Shown: one piece after another, positions 32,970-43,230 of the stretch
Layout: every line of letters starts with the position of its first letter
How positions within the stretch are numbered: position 1 is the first letter of the stretch
Assembly (NCBI GenBank): GCA_019058445.1
Contig: JAHPZA010000006.1
Location: forward strand, 128,001 to 192,000
Reading direction: 5' to 3'
DNA: 64,000 nucleotides
From: Promethearchaeota archaeon
Lineage (GTDB): Archaea > Asgardarchaeota > Lokiarchaeia > Sigyniarchaeales > SOKP01
Notes under the pieces: generated by a model
Told to the model about the DNA's origin: nothing
Seen by the model: only the letters and a program-made list of their open reading frames with translations
The model's database searches: none
Position numbers and translations under genes: made by a program

Positions 32970-33413
32970 ATGAGTGATGATAAGAGAGTATTTGAGGGAA
33001 GAATCAAAGTACCATATAAGCATACTGCCGGAGCTTATGTAGAAAAGTTTTTAACCGAAATCGGCCAAAATCGCAAAATAATGGGTGTTAAGTGTCCAAA
33101 GTGCAAAAAAGTATTTGTTCCACCGAAAATGGTGTGCTTTGAGTGTTTTGAGAAGATGGAAGAGTGGGTAGAAGTCGGAAACCAAGGTACTCTTAAAGGT
33201 TTTACAGTTGTTACACATAAAACTGATGTTATGCCCTTAAAACCTCCTTTTGCCTATGGGATAATCAGACTCGATGGTGCTGATACTGATATCGTACATT
33301 TAATAAAGGAAAGTGATCCAAACAAGCTTAAAGCAGGTATGCGAGTTGAGGCTAGTTTTTATGCGAAACCAAGAAAAAGAATCCTAGATATAGAATATTT
33401 TAAACCAATCTAA
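32970..33413 (+). CDS. DUF35 Zn-ribbon/OB-fold protein
   Basis: GVKCPKC..PPKxxCFEC, RLDGAD and GMRVEA. Confidence 0.9.
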   Translation: MSDDKRVFEGRIKVPYKHTAGAYVEKFLTEIGQNRKIMGVKCPKCKKVFVPPKMVCFECFEKMEEWVEVGNQGTLKGFTVVTHKTDVMPLKPPFAYGIIRLDGADTDIVHLIKESDPNKLKAGMRVEASFYAKPRKRILDIEYFKPI

Positions 33414-33524
33414 TTTTTTTTTATTTTCTAATTCTATTATATATTCGAATGAAAGGTCATATCATTAAAATTGAGATCAGTTCGGAAAGATTATGTGTAA
33501 AAGGTATATTTAAATATTCTTAGT

Positions 33525-34004
33525 ATGAAAGGATATCGAATAGTAGAAAAAAAAACTCCAATAGTAGGCCCATTAAAAGATGATTATGAATTATTTGATC
33601 TTCTTGACGCTTTAAAAGAGGAGATAGTTAAATATATATGGTCAGTTTCTGATTATGAGGTTTTTACGACAGGAGTTATTATTCCTAAATTTAGAGATTT
33701 ATCTCCAAATAATTTATTTTAGATTTCAGGAAAAGGACTTTATAAAATTTCAAAGTCAATTACTAGTACTATTTGAGACGCATTTTTAGCATATTTCCCT
33801 CATGAAGCTCCATTTGAATATGTTGAAATTCCGTATTCGAAAGGGAGACCACCCTCTATCCAACATCCAAAAGCAATTATTGAGATTCAAGCTGTTGATG
33901 GGGGATATTATGAAATTTTTTCAAAAGACTCAAATGTATATAAACTCTTAAAAACACATTTTTAGGTGGAAGAAGTGTACTCACTAGAAGGGGAATATAT
34001 ATAA
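33525..34004 (+). pseudogene. hypothetical-protein pseudogene with in-frame nonsense codons
   Basis: Protein-like frame continues through TAG 33720, TGA 33774 and TAG 33963 to TAA 34002 (...IEIQAVDGGYYEIFSKD...). Confidence 0.65.
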
Positions 34005-34023
34005 AAAAAAAGCGATTGATAGA

Positions 34024-34803
34024 TTACTCTTTTTTAATCGTCTTTCTTAATGAGTTTTTAATTAGACCTCCCAATAAATTAGCTATATTGTATTTAATTG
34101 GATTTACTTTTACATCAAAATAAAACTTTTTGTCGTTCAAGGGTTTATAAAAATTGTAATCAGCAGTTAAGACGTCAACCATACATTCTACATCTGCAAT
34201 TGCTCTGAAAGCTGTAAATTGAATCAAATTTGAGAGACTTGGAGACCAATTACTTTTTGAAAGTTTCTTATAAAATTCTTTAGCGGCTTTAGCTACCTCT
34301 TTATGCTTCTTCTTAATAATTTTATCTTTGAGTTTAAATGGCGGAGTAATAACACCTAAAACTGTATTAGATCTAAATCCCCACGTACTAGCTACACTTT
34401 TTAAATACTCATTGACTTGTTTTAATCCCATCCCTCCTGTTGTCGATATTATCATAGCATCTTGTTTAAAAAATTGAGGACGATGACCATTATAAGCAAG
34501 TCTATCAATAAAATTTTTCATTAAAGCGGTAACATTAAACATATATACAGGAGAAGTAAATACTACTCCATTTGAGTCTAACATTTGTTTTAGTATATTA
34601 TCTCTATCATCTTTGAGAGGGCAATGCTCTTCTCCAATTCCTATACAGTTAAAACATCCAATACACCGCTTTAAATTAGATTCCCTAAGAAAAAGATAAT
34701 TAAAGTCTACATTATCGTATTTTTTTAAGTTTTCCTCAAATTGTTGAGTAATTTTGTAGGTATTACCCTTGTGAGGACTTCCCATAATTGCTAACACTTT
34801 CAT
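34024..34803 (-). CDS. flavodoxin-like NAD(P)H-dependent FMN reductase / iron-sulfur flavoprotein family
   Basis: GSPHKGNT, CIGCFNC....CPLKDD and SPVY....MKNFIDR motifs. Confidence 0.88.
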   Translation of the reverse strand: MKVLAIMGSPHKGNTYKITQQFEENLKKYDNVDFNYLFLRESNLKRCIGCFNCIGIGEEHCPLKDDRDNILKQMLDSNGVVFTSPVYMFNVTALMKNFIDRLAYNGHRPQFFKQDAMIISTTGGMGLKQVNEYLKSVASTWGFRSNTVLGVITPPFKLKDKIIKKKHKEVAKAAKEFYKKLSKSNWSPSLSNLIQFTAFRAIADVECMVDVLTADYNFYKPLNDKKFYFDVKVNPIKYNIANLLGGLIKNSLRKTIKKE

Positions 34804-34871
34804 ATTATCAACTAAAATTTTTTTTTTTATTAATTTTTTTTAATAGAAACAGATTTAAGAAATATTTAGTT

Positions 34872-35987
34872 TTAATCAGCTGTTAATTTTATAGGGGGCA
34901 CAAAAACATATCTCTGACCTGTTCTTTCCAAATGAATTGCTTCTTCTGGACAATGATGAGCACACACTCCGCACCCTATACATTTATCTTCGTTTACTTC
35001 TGCAACTGTATCTACTAATTCGATGGTTTCCATAGGACACATCTCAACACATGTTCCACAACCGATACAATCTTCCCTATTCACTTTCGCTAAATAGGAG
35101 GTTGATGTAAAAAATGGCGAAGCACCTCGATAATATAGTTCGAAACCCCCACAACAACACTTACAGCAGTTGCATATCGCTTCTATTTCTCTCTTAGGAT
35201 CTAAATGCACGTGAAACACGCGATGGACGAGTGCTTCATTTTCTGCCTGACGCAATATTTTTATTGTCTCCTCTTTTGAGATTGGTTGCGCAAAACCTTG
35301 TTCTACTGCGTGTTTAGCACCCTTACCTAAAAGTAAACAATTAAGCTTTTCATCAGTAACTTTACAAGGATTATCAACAAGATCTTTCTCGTGTCGGCAA
35401 TAGCAATTCGTTAACGCAATCAACTCATAATCATCAAGCAGATTAATAATATTTTCGCCAGGAATTACTTCTTCCTGTCCAACTTTAACCTCTTTCTCAA
35501 CGGGAACAACGCGGGCAGTTGGCATCTCTCTAATTTTTTTGAATTGCGAAGTTATAGCATCATAATTTTTTTGAGTTCTATCGGTCATCTCATCAAATAA
35601 TTTTTCAAATAAATGGGCTATTATTTTCTGTTTTTCTCCAGTTTCACCTTTCATCATAGTATATTCGAAAATTCCAGGGAAAGGGCCCAGGAGTCTATAA
35701 ACATCCATTCCCGTAGTTCTACTTTGAGATTTAACAAGTACCCCACCTGCTAATAACTCCTTGAGTAATCTTTTTACATCTTTTTCCTCAAATTCACCCT
35801 CTGTTCTTTCTAAAATTTGAGCCATATTCAATGAGGGTTTTCTAAAATGTAAAAGGAGTCTCGCTTGTTCTTCATTGATTAAATTTTGTAATATTTCTAT
35901 GATAATTCTATCATAATCCTTAGGAAATGGAACTGCTCCAGCTGTAGCAACTACACGGACAACTTTTTGCCATAGTTTTTCTGACAT
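34872..35987 (-). CDS. 4Fe-4S dicluster protein with CxCR and CNCCxCCC motifs
   Basis: CYCRH, CNCCKCCC and two CxxCxxCxxxCP motifs. Confidence 0.88.
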   Translation of the reverse strand: MSEKLWQKVVRVVATAGAVPFPKDYDRIIIEILQNLINEEQARLLLHFRKPSLNMAQILERTEGEFEEKDVKRLLKELLAGGVLVKSQSRTTGMDVYRLLGPFPGIFEYTMMKGETGEKQKIIAHLFEKLFDEMTDRTQKNYDAITSQFKKIREMPTARVVPVEKEVKVGQEEVIPGENIINLLDDYELIALTNCYCRHEKDLVDNPCKVTDEKLNCLLLGKGAKHAVEQGFAQPISKEETIKILRQAENEALVHRVFHVHLDPKREIEAICNCCKCCCGGFELYYRGASPFFTSTSYLAKVNREDCIGCGTCVEMCPMETIELVDTVAEVNEDKCIGCGVCAHHCPEEAIHLERTGQRYVFVPPIKLTAD

Positions 35988-36187
35988 TTTTAATCATTTT
36001 TTTGAGTATGGAAATTAAGAATTAAAAAAATTTGATAACATAATAGAGTTGTGACTAAATTTGAATATCTCAATAAATTATTCTACAAACACAATGTAAC
36101 AATTACCGAATTTTCTTAGTTTTTTAAAAATAAGTGTAAATACAGAGTGTTGATATTATAAAAAGAAATTAAAAAAAAATAAAGTTA

Positions 36188-38230
36188 TTATATACTATTA
36201 CCCATTTTATAACCTCGAGCAACAGCTTCCATTACCGTTTCTGGTTTACGAGCATCTCCGATTTTCTCTACTTTAATAGTACCTAGTTGCTTGATTTCTT
36301 TATAAAGAGCATCGTTCGGTTCGACCCCGGTAGCATAATAGATATAATCTATATCACTAATTGCGTTTTCTTTACCCGAAGAGTCTGAATAATTTACATA
36401 ATTTTCGCCGATTTCAGTGACTTTTACACTTGTAAGGAATTTCACACCTAAAGCATCGCATTTATCAAGAAGTACCCATTTCGTAGTCCTTCCTAACGCA
36501 GATCCTAATTTTGGTAACATTTCAAGAACGGTAACCTTATTCCTTCCCTTATGCATCATATCTAACGCAATTTGAGGCTCTAAGGCCTTATAGAATGTAA
36601 GAAAATCAAATGCTTCACGGCTTAATGTTCCATATTTTGCAATGTATATTGCTAATTCTATACCAGTGGCTCCGCCTCCTATAATAACATTGTTCTTACC
36701 AACTGGAGCATCACCGCTTAAAGCATCATTTGCCCAATATACATTTGCTCTGTCAATACCGGGAATAGGAGGTTTTATGGGATTTGAACCAGTGGCGACA
36801 AATGCAACGTCAGGATTGAATTCTTTTACTATATCAATAGTGACATTTTGTTGGAAATGTACATTGATGCCGTATTTCTGAATCCAATAGTTATAATTAT
36901 CTATCATACGTTTAAATTCGTTTCTTCCTGGTGGAATCCAGATTATGTTTAATAACCCGCCAATTTTATCATCCTTCTCAAAAATATGAACATCATGTCC
37001 TCTAATTGCCGCTATTCTCGCAGCCTCTAATCCTCCTGCTCCTGCTCCAATAATCATAACTTTTTTCTTTTCTTTCAATGGTTTCAGTTCAGTTCGGGCT
37101 TCATTTCCCGCTCGAGCATTCCTTAAACACGTGACAGGCATCATCCTGAATACCTGGTCAAAGCATCCTTGATTGCAGCCAATACAGTTCATTATATCTC
37201 TTAATTCACCCTTTTGAGCTTTCATTGGCAGATAAGGATCAGCAATTAACCCTCTTCCAATACAAATAGCATCAGCTTTTCCGGCCATTAAAACTTGTTC
37301 GGCGAGCTCAGGGTTGTTAATTCTATTGGAAGAAAATATAGGAATAGATACACGTTTATGAATATTTTCAGCTAGGTATGTATAACATCCTTCTGGAACA
37401 TCCATTGTTAATTGTGGTGTTTTTGTTTCATGCCAACCACCTGTTACGTTGAAATAATCTAAATATTTACCTAATTCTTCTGCAATAACTACTTTTTCCT
37501 TATATGTATTGCTGCCTGGAACAAAATCATCTCCAGAAATTCGATAGCCAAGAGGGATATCGTCTACTTTAGAACGCATTAATTCAATGGTTTCAATCGG
37601 GAATCTTAAACGATTTTCAAGATCGCCCCCATATTTATCAGTTCTCTTGTTAGTTTTTGGGGAACAAAACTGATCGGTTAAATAACCAGCATTTCCGCAA
37701 ATCTCTACTGCATCGAAGCCTGCTTTCTTAGCTCTAATTGTAGCGTCGGCAAAAGCCTCTTGTTCACGCTTTATATCTTCAAGACTCATTTCCTTAGGAG
37801 TGGTCTTACTAAAATTACTATAAACTGCAGAGGGGGCAATAGGTGTTCTGCCAATTATCTGTGGGAATGCGTTTAGGCCTCAATGGTAAATCCATTTCGA
37901 GGAAGCCCCGCCATGGTATAATTGGCAACAGATCTTTACATCATCTCGAGCATTGTGTACGGCTTCAGTTAATTTCTGTAAATCAGGAATAAATTTATCG
38001 TCATCAACTGCAATCATCGATGGTAAACCCTTTGCATAAACGTCTACATAACACCCTCCTACAATTAGCATTCCAGCACCTCCCTTAGCCCTTTCAACGT
38101 AAAAATCTATCAATTTGTCAGTGATAAACCCATTTTTTGCCAAGTTGAGATGCATCGCAGGCATTATAATACGATTAGACACATCCATATCCTTTATTTT
38201 AAAAGGAGTAAATAGTTTAAAGAACTTCAT
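36188..38230 (-). CDS. NADH:flavin oxidoreductase / 2,4-dienoyl-CoA reductase (FadH-like), 670 aa after removal of a 30-nt intron; join(complement(37903..38230),complement(36188..37872))
   Basis: OYE barrel (NRIIMPAMH, ERAKGG, AGFDAVE, NKRTDKYGG), CIGCNQGC and two Rossmann motifs. Both ORF-track fragments are in one frame, separated only by a TGA inside the BHB-flanked insert. Confidence 0.9.
37873..37902 (-). other. bulge-helix-bulge (tRNA-type) intron, 30 nt, in FadH-like gene
   Basis: mRNA: GCG GGGC UU^C CUC GA AAUGG AUUUA CCAUU GAG GCCU AA^A CGC. Complete outer helix, 4-bp central helix and two 3-nt bulges; the spliced sequence reads HGGAYAFP. Confidence 0.88.
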
Positions 38231-38460
38231 ATCTCATACTCATTAAAAAGTTTTTTTTAACTAGAAATAAAACGGGAATTTATTAAAATTAATTGAATTT
38301 AATTTAAAATGCTTCTCTATTTAGAAATTTAAGTTTAAAAAGTAATTTATGTGCTTTGAGAAAATAAATATAAAAAGTATAAAAAATGGAGAATAAGGAA
38401 TAATTTTTTATCATTGAGCAATTATAATAATAAAATATTATACTTATGGTTAGACTAAAA

Positions 38461-39285
38461 ATGAGTAATGATGCTATATTAATTGAGGAAAATGAAGATA
38501 AAACTGTCACCACAATTAAAATGAATCGGCTCGCGAAAAAAAACGCGATCGGCTATGATATGATGGTGGGACTACTGGATGCGATTGATAAAGTTGAACG
38601 AACTAATGCGAGAGTAGTAATTATCACGGGAACTGATGATCTTTTCAGCTCTGGGATAGATCTAAACTTTTTAACGGGTCAAGACGCTGGACCTGAGGGA
38701 GTTCTTCCAGATCTAAAAGTCCCACGTAATTTTAGATACTTTGCAAATACATGGATCCATCCAATATTTACCAAAATCGAAAAAATGGAAAAGCCAGTGA
38801 TAGCTCGAATTAATGGAGTGTGCTTTGGACTGGCTTTTGAATTAGCACTCGCTTGTGATTTCCGATTCTGTTCAGAAAATGCAATATTTAGCATGCTTGA
38901 AACAAAAATAGGTATGAATCCTGATGTAGGAGGGACAATTAGGCTGGTAAGATTGGTTGGAATCCCAAATGCTAAGGATATCATCTTAACAGGAAGAAGA
39001 TTTGATGGGAACGAGGCTTATCGGTTAGGTGTGGTAAATAGGGTTGGAAAAACCCCTCAAGAGATGGATGAGATAATTAAAAATTATGTTGATGAATTAA
39101 TTGACAGTGCCCCATTAGCCGTAGGTTTGGCCAAGAAGCTTATAGATGATTGTTATGGGCAATCAACTGCTCTTGGTTTGGAATTGGAAACATTAGTGAG
39201 CTCACAATTATTACAAACCAAAGATGCGATGAGTGGTGCACTTGCCCGTTTACAAAAAACTAAAGCCAAATGGAGATGGAAATAA
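38461..39285 (+). CDS. enoyl-CoA hydratase/isomerase family protein
   Basis: FSSGIDL, KPVIARINGVCFGLAFELALACDFR and ETKIGMNPDVGG motifs. Confidence 0.92.
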   Translation: MSNDAILIEENEDKTVTTIKMNRLAKKNAIGYDMMVGLLDAIDKVERTNARVVIITGTDDLFSSGIDLNFLTGQDAGPEGVLPDLKVPRNFRYFANTWIHPIFTKIEKMEKPVIARINGVCFGLAFELALACDFRFCSENAIFSMLETKIGMNPDVGGTIRLVRLVGIPNAKDIILTGRRFDGNEAYRLGVVNRVGKTPQEMDEIIKNYVDELIDSAPLAVGLAKKLIDDCYGQSTALGLELETLVSSQLLQTKDAMSGALARLQKTKAKWRWK

Positions 39286-39388
39286 TTTTTTTTAATAATT
39301 TCATTCTTTTTTCTTTTTAATATTTAAGTCATTAGATTATAAAACTCATATTCAATGGTTTTTAAGATAATAATAATTCTGTATAACT

Positions 39389-40489
39389 ATGTCAGATAAG
39401 ATGTGGTATAACCTTGCCAGAAAGATTTTAAGATCTGGGGGACCTCCAGTCCCTGTTAATGAGACACTAATTGATTTACTAAAAACAGTTTTAGACGAAA
39501 ATGAAGAACAAGTGCAATTTCTTTTACAATTTAGTAAGCCCCTTAGATTAGATCAAATCAAGGAAAAGGTAGCTTTAGATAATGACACCCTAAACAAAAT
39601 GCTGGATGATTTAATGCATGTTGGACTGCTAACTGGAATTCCAAGTAGAAGTACCGGAGTTATGATATATCGTTTAGTCGCTTTTTTACCTGGTTTACTT
39701 GAATTCACGCTTATGAGAGGAGAAACTGGGGAAAAACAAAAGAAATTGGCACAAATATGGGATAAGCTATTTAAAGAAGGAGCTGAAATGCTTCAAAAGA
39801 ATTTTGAGATTGCCATGGAAGCTTATAAGAATGCTCCTGCGATTGATAGAGTTGTTCCAGTTGAAGAACAAATAGATCCACAAGAAGAGAAGATTATTCC
39901 AGTTGAAGAAGTGCATAAAATCGTTGATAGATATGATGATATTGGGGTATCTTATTGTTATTGTAGACATAGAAAAGACTTGCTTAATGATCCATGTGAG
40001 GTTGATGCCCCACGACATAATTGTTTGAGTTTTGGCAGGACAGCGAAATTTGCTATAGATTACGACTTTGCCGAGCGAATAACTAAGGAGGAAGCATTAA
40101 AGTTATTGAGAGAGGCCGAAGATTTGGGTTTGGTTCATAAGACATTTCATGTAAGAGGAAATCCAGAAATGGAAGAATTAGCGATATGTAATTGTTGTAA
40201 ATGCTGTTGCGGGAGTCTGTCTGCATATCATAAAGGTACGGGCCCCATGCACACTCTATCTTCCTATATGGCAAAAATCAATAAAGATAAGTGTGTTGGT
40301 TGCGGTACGTGTGTTGAAAAATGTCCGATGGAAGCAATTGAACTAATTAATAATGTAGCGAAGCTTAATGCTGCTAAATGTATTGGATGTGGAGTGTGCG
40401 CACATCTTTGCCCAGAAAAAGCGATAAAATTAACCAGAACTGGATTGCGGGATATATTTATCATTCCTCAGCAATCTACGGCTAATTAA
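39389..40489 (+). CDS. 4Fe-4S dicluster protein (paralog of 34872-35987)
   Basis: CYCRH, CNCCKCCC and two CxxCxxCxxxCP motifs. Confidence 0.88.
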   Translation: MSDKMWYNLARKILRSGGPPVPVNETLIDLLKTVLDENEEQVQFLLQFSKPLRLDQIKEKVALDNDTLNKMLDDLMHVGLLTGIPSRSTGVMIYRLVAFLPGLLEFTLMRGETGEKQKKLAQIWDKLFKEGAEMLQKNFEIAMEAYKNAPAIDRVVPVEEQIDPQEEKIIPVEEVHKIVDRYDDIGVSYCYCRHRKDLLNDPCEVDAPRHNCLSFGRTAKFAIDYDFAERITKEEALKLLREAEDLGLVHKTFHVRGNPEMEELAICNCCKCCCGSLSAYHKGTGPMHTLSSYMAKINKDKCVGCGTCVEKCPMEAIELINNVAKLNAAKCIGCGVCAHLCPEKAIKLTRTGLRDIFIIPQQSTAN

Positions 40490-40597
40490 TTAAATTACTA
40501 AATTTAATTCATTCTCTTTTTTACAGCTTATTAATAAAAGCAGTTTTAGAAATATCATGAATAATTTTTAAATGAAGTATTAATTTTGGGAAATATC

Positions 40598-41695
40598 ATG
40601 TCTGAAAAAGAATGGGTAAAGTTAGCAAAAAATATCATGAAGGCTGGAGAAATGCCCATGCCGATTAATGAACCTTTAATTGATTTAATTAAGGAAATGG
40701 TGAATGAGGAACAATTAAAATTTCTCCTAAATTTTAGAAAACCTTCTTATACCCTTGATCAGATTAAAGCATGGACAGAATTAGATGATGAGTCACTTAA
40801 CAAAATGCTTGCTGATTTAATGTACATAGGGATGGTGACCGGAATTCCAAGTAGGCGGACAGGAATAATGGTATATCGTTTAGTAGCATTTCTCCCTGGG
40901 ATGCTTGAGTTTACTTTAATGAGGGGTGAGACTGGCGAAAAACAAAAACGATTGGCTAAAATCTGGGAACGATTCTTTGATGAAATGAAAGCGGGGACTC
41001 AAAAATATTATGATACTATCGTGAATGTGTTTAAAAATGCGCCTCCTCTTGATAGAGTTGTTCCTATTGATGAGGAAATTGAAGTTCAAGAGGATAATGT
41101 ATATCCTTTTGAGGATGTAAAAAAAATTATAGAAAAAACTGATATTATTGGAGTTCAATATTGTTACTGCCGACATCTAAAAGATTTATTGGATGATCCA
41201 TGCAAAATAGATGCTCCACGGAGAAATTGTTTTAGTTTTGGTCGAACTGCTAAATTTTGTATAGAGCAGGGATTCTCAACAGAAATATCTAAAGAAGAGG
41301 CAATAAAATTATTAAAAGAAGCTCAAGACGCAGGTTTAGTTCATAAAGCTCTCCATAGCCGCGCAAATCCAGAATTAGAAGAAATTGGTATGTGTAATTG
41401 CTGCAAATGTTGCTGCGGAAGCCTTTCCATGTTTCACAACGGAACAGCTCCAACCTCAACTATAACATCCTACATGGCAAAAATTCATAAAGATACATGT
41501 GTTGGTTGTGGAACTTGTGTCGAAAAATGTCCTATGGAGGCAATACAATTAAATAATGGAATAGCAAAGCTTCAAGCCGCAAAATGCATAGGGTGCGGTG
41601 TGTGCGCATACCATTGTCCTGAAAAAGCTATTACATTGAATAGAACGGGACTTAGAAAAGTCTTTGTCCCTCCCCCTAGATTAGAGTCTAATTAA
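40598..41695 (+). CDS. 4Fe-4S dicluster protein (tandem paralog)
   Basis: Same motifs; highly similar to 39389-40489. Confidence 0.88.
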   Translation: MSEKEWVKLAKNIMKAGEMPMPINEPLIDLIKEMVNEEQLKFLLNFRKPSYTLDQIKAWTELDDESLNKMLADLMYIGMVTGIPSRRTGIMVYRLVAFLPGMLEFTLMRGETGEKQKRLAKIWERFFDEMKAGTQKYYDTIVNVFKNAPPLDRVVPIDEEIEVQEDNVYPFEDVKKIIEKTDIIGVQYCYCRHLKDLLDDPCKIDAPRRNCFSFGRTAKFCIEQGFSTEISKEEAIKLLKEAQDAGLVHKALHSRANPELEEIGMCNCCKCCCGSLSMFHNGTAPTSTITSYMAKIHKDTCVGCGTCVEKCPMEAIQLNNGIAKLQAAKCIGCGVCAYHCPEKAITLNRTGLRKVFVPPPRLESN

Positions 41696-41919
41696 TTTAT
41701 TACTTTTTTCAAATTCTTTAAGGATTTTTAATTTTTGACTCGTTATGTTTCTATAAATATAACGTAGTTTATTTTAGTAGTGTTTGGTTAAAAAACAGTT
41801 AAATATATTTAGTATAAAAATTCAAATTCTAATTAACAACATTTATTGAAAAGAAACCTAAAGTTAAGTACAATTTTGGAAAAAAATAAAATTTACAATA
41901 ATAAAATAGGAGAAAAAAA

Positions 41920-43206
41920 ATGGTTAGAGAAAAACCTACGTGGTATGAGACTCCGGCAATTCAGGATATGATGACTTCTTTAGGAGGAAAAGCGGTAAGA
42001 GGTGTAATGTCAAATTATTTCTCAGCGAATATATTAGCTGGAAAAGTGGGTTTAATCGGATTAACTGAATATTTAGAAGCAACTCTAGATCCAGAGGATA
42101 GAAGAGCTTTGATAATATGTGATGATTTCACACAAAGATATACTAAAAAGGTTACAGATCTTCTTGAAACAATAGATATGGATTATCAAATATATGCTAA
42201 GGTAATACCTGAAGTACCCTTTTATCAAATTGAAGAAACGGTTAAATTATGTGAGGAGTTTAAGCCAAAAGTTCTTATAGCAATTGGAGGAGGTAGCGTA
42301 ATGGATGCAACAAAAATCACAATGTTTGTCTATGAAAAACCTGAAGAAAATCTACTTTTAACCATCCCGATTGGCTCTATTGGTTTACGAAAAAAAATTA
42401 AATATTTAGTTGCGATACCCACTACCTCAGGTACTGGCTCTGAAGTAACCTCAGCCGCAGTCCTAACCGATACTGATAGAAATCCTCCGAAAAAAATAGA
42501 AATAATGACTAGTGAAGTAGTTCCCGATATTGCCGTATTAGATACGGATTTTGTAAAAGATATGCCTCCATTTCTCACGATGGCAACTGGTCTAGATGCT
42601 CTAGCTCATTCAGTTGGAAGTTATGTCACGAATTGGGGTACCCCCTATGTAGATGCAATGAATATTACGGCGATAAAGGAAATTATAAAATATCTTCCTC
42701 GTGCGTATAAACATGGCTCTGATTTGGAAGCCCGTGCTCACATGCAAATGGCTGCAACCATGGCAGGATTAGGATTTGGAAATTCAATTCCGGGTATTGA
42801 TCACTCTCTCGGACACAGCTTCGGAAAGGTTTTTGGAGTTCATCATGGTCTTTCTGTTGGGCTATTCACACCGTATTCTGTTGATTTTCAAAGGAAAGTT
42901 ACAGATAGGTGGATGGACTTATGTCCGATTTTTGGCGTAGAAATAAAAGGAAAACAAAAAGAGGATTTATTCAAAGAATTTATGCAATCGCTTAAAGATT
43001 TCATCCATTCTCTTGATGCTCCCACGTGTGTCAAAGATTTAAAAAATCCTGTAATAAATAAGGAAGAATATGTGGATAAGCTTGATCTTGTAGCTGACTA
43101 TGCTTTTAATGACGCAGTATCTCTCTTTTCTTATCGTACAATTACCCCCGAAATAATGAGAAAGATATTCGAATATGCTTGGGATGGTAAACCTATTGAT
43201 TTTTAA
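41920..43206 (+). CDS. iron-containing alcohol dehydrogenase
   Basis: GGGSVMD, PTTSGTGSEVT, DALAH and HSLGH...HHG motifs. Confidence 0.93.
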   Translation: MVREKPTWYETPAIQDMMTSLGGKAVRGVMSNYFSANILAGKVGLIGLTEYLEATLDPEDRRALIICDDFTQRYTKKVTDLLETIDMDYQIYAKVIPEVPFYQIEETVKLCEEFKPKVLIAIGGGSVMDATKITMFVYEKPEENLLLTIPIGSIGLRKKIKYLVAIPTTSGTGSEVTSAAVLTDTDRNPPKKIEIMTSEVVPDIAVLDTDFVKDMPPFLTMATGLDALAHSVGSYVTNWGTPYVDAMNITAIKEIIKYLPRAYKHGSDLEARAHMQMAATMAGLGFGNSIPGIDHSLGHSFGKVFGVHHGLSVGLFTPYSVDFQRKVTDRWMDLCPIFGVEIKGKQKEDLFKEFMQSLKDFIHSLDAPTCVKDLKNPVINKEEYVDKLDLVADYAFNDAVSLFSYRTITPEIMRKIFEYAWDGKPIDF

Positions 43207-43230
43207 AATTAAATAAAAGGAGGAATAAAA

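Noticed and set aside
37880-37882. In-frame UGA in the FadH-like gene read as selenocysteine or by readthrough
   Set aside because: It lies in a 10-codon insert at a position with no expected Cys, no SECIS-like element was seen, and a complete BHB motif explains it.
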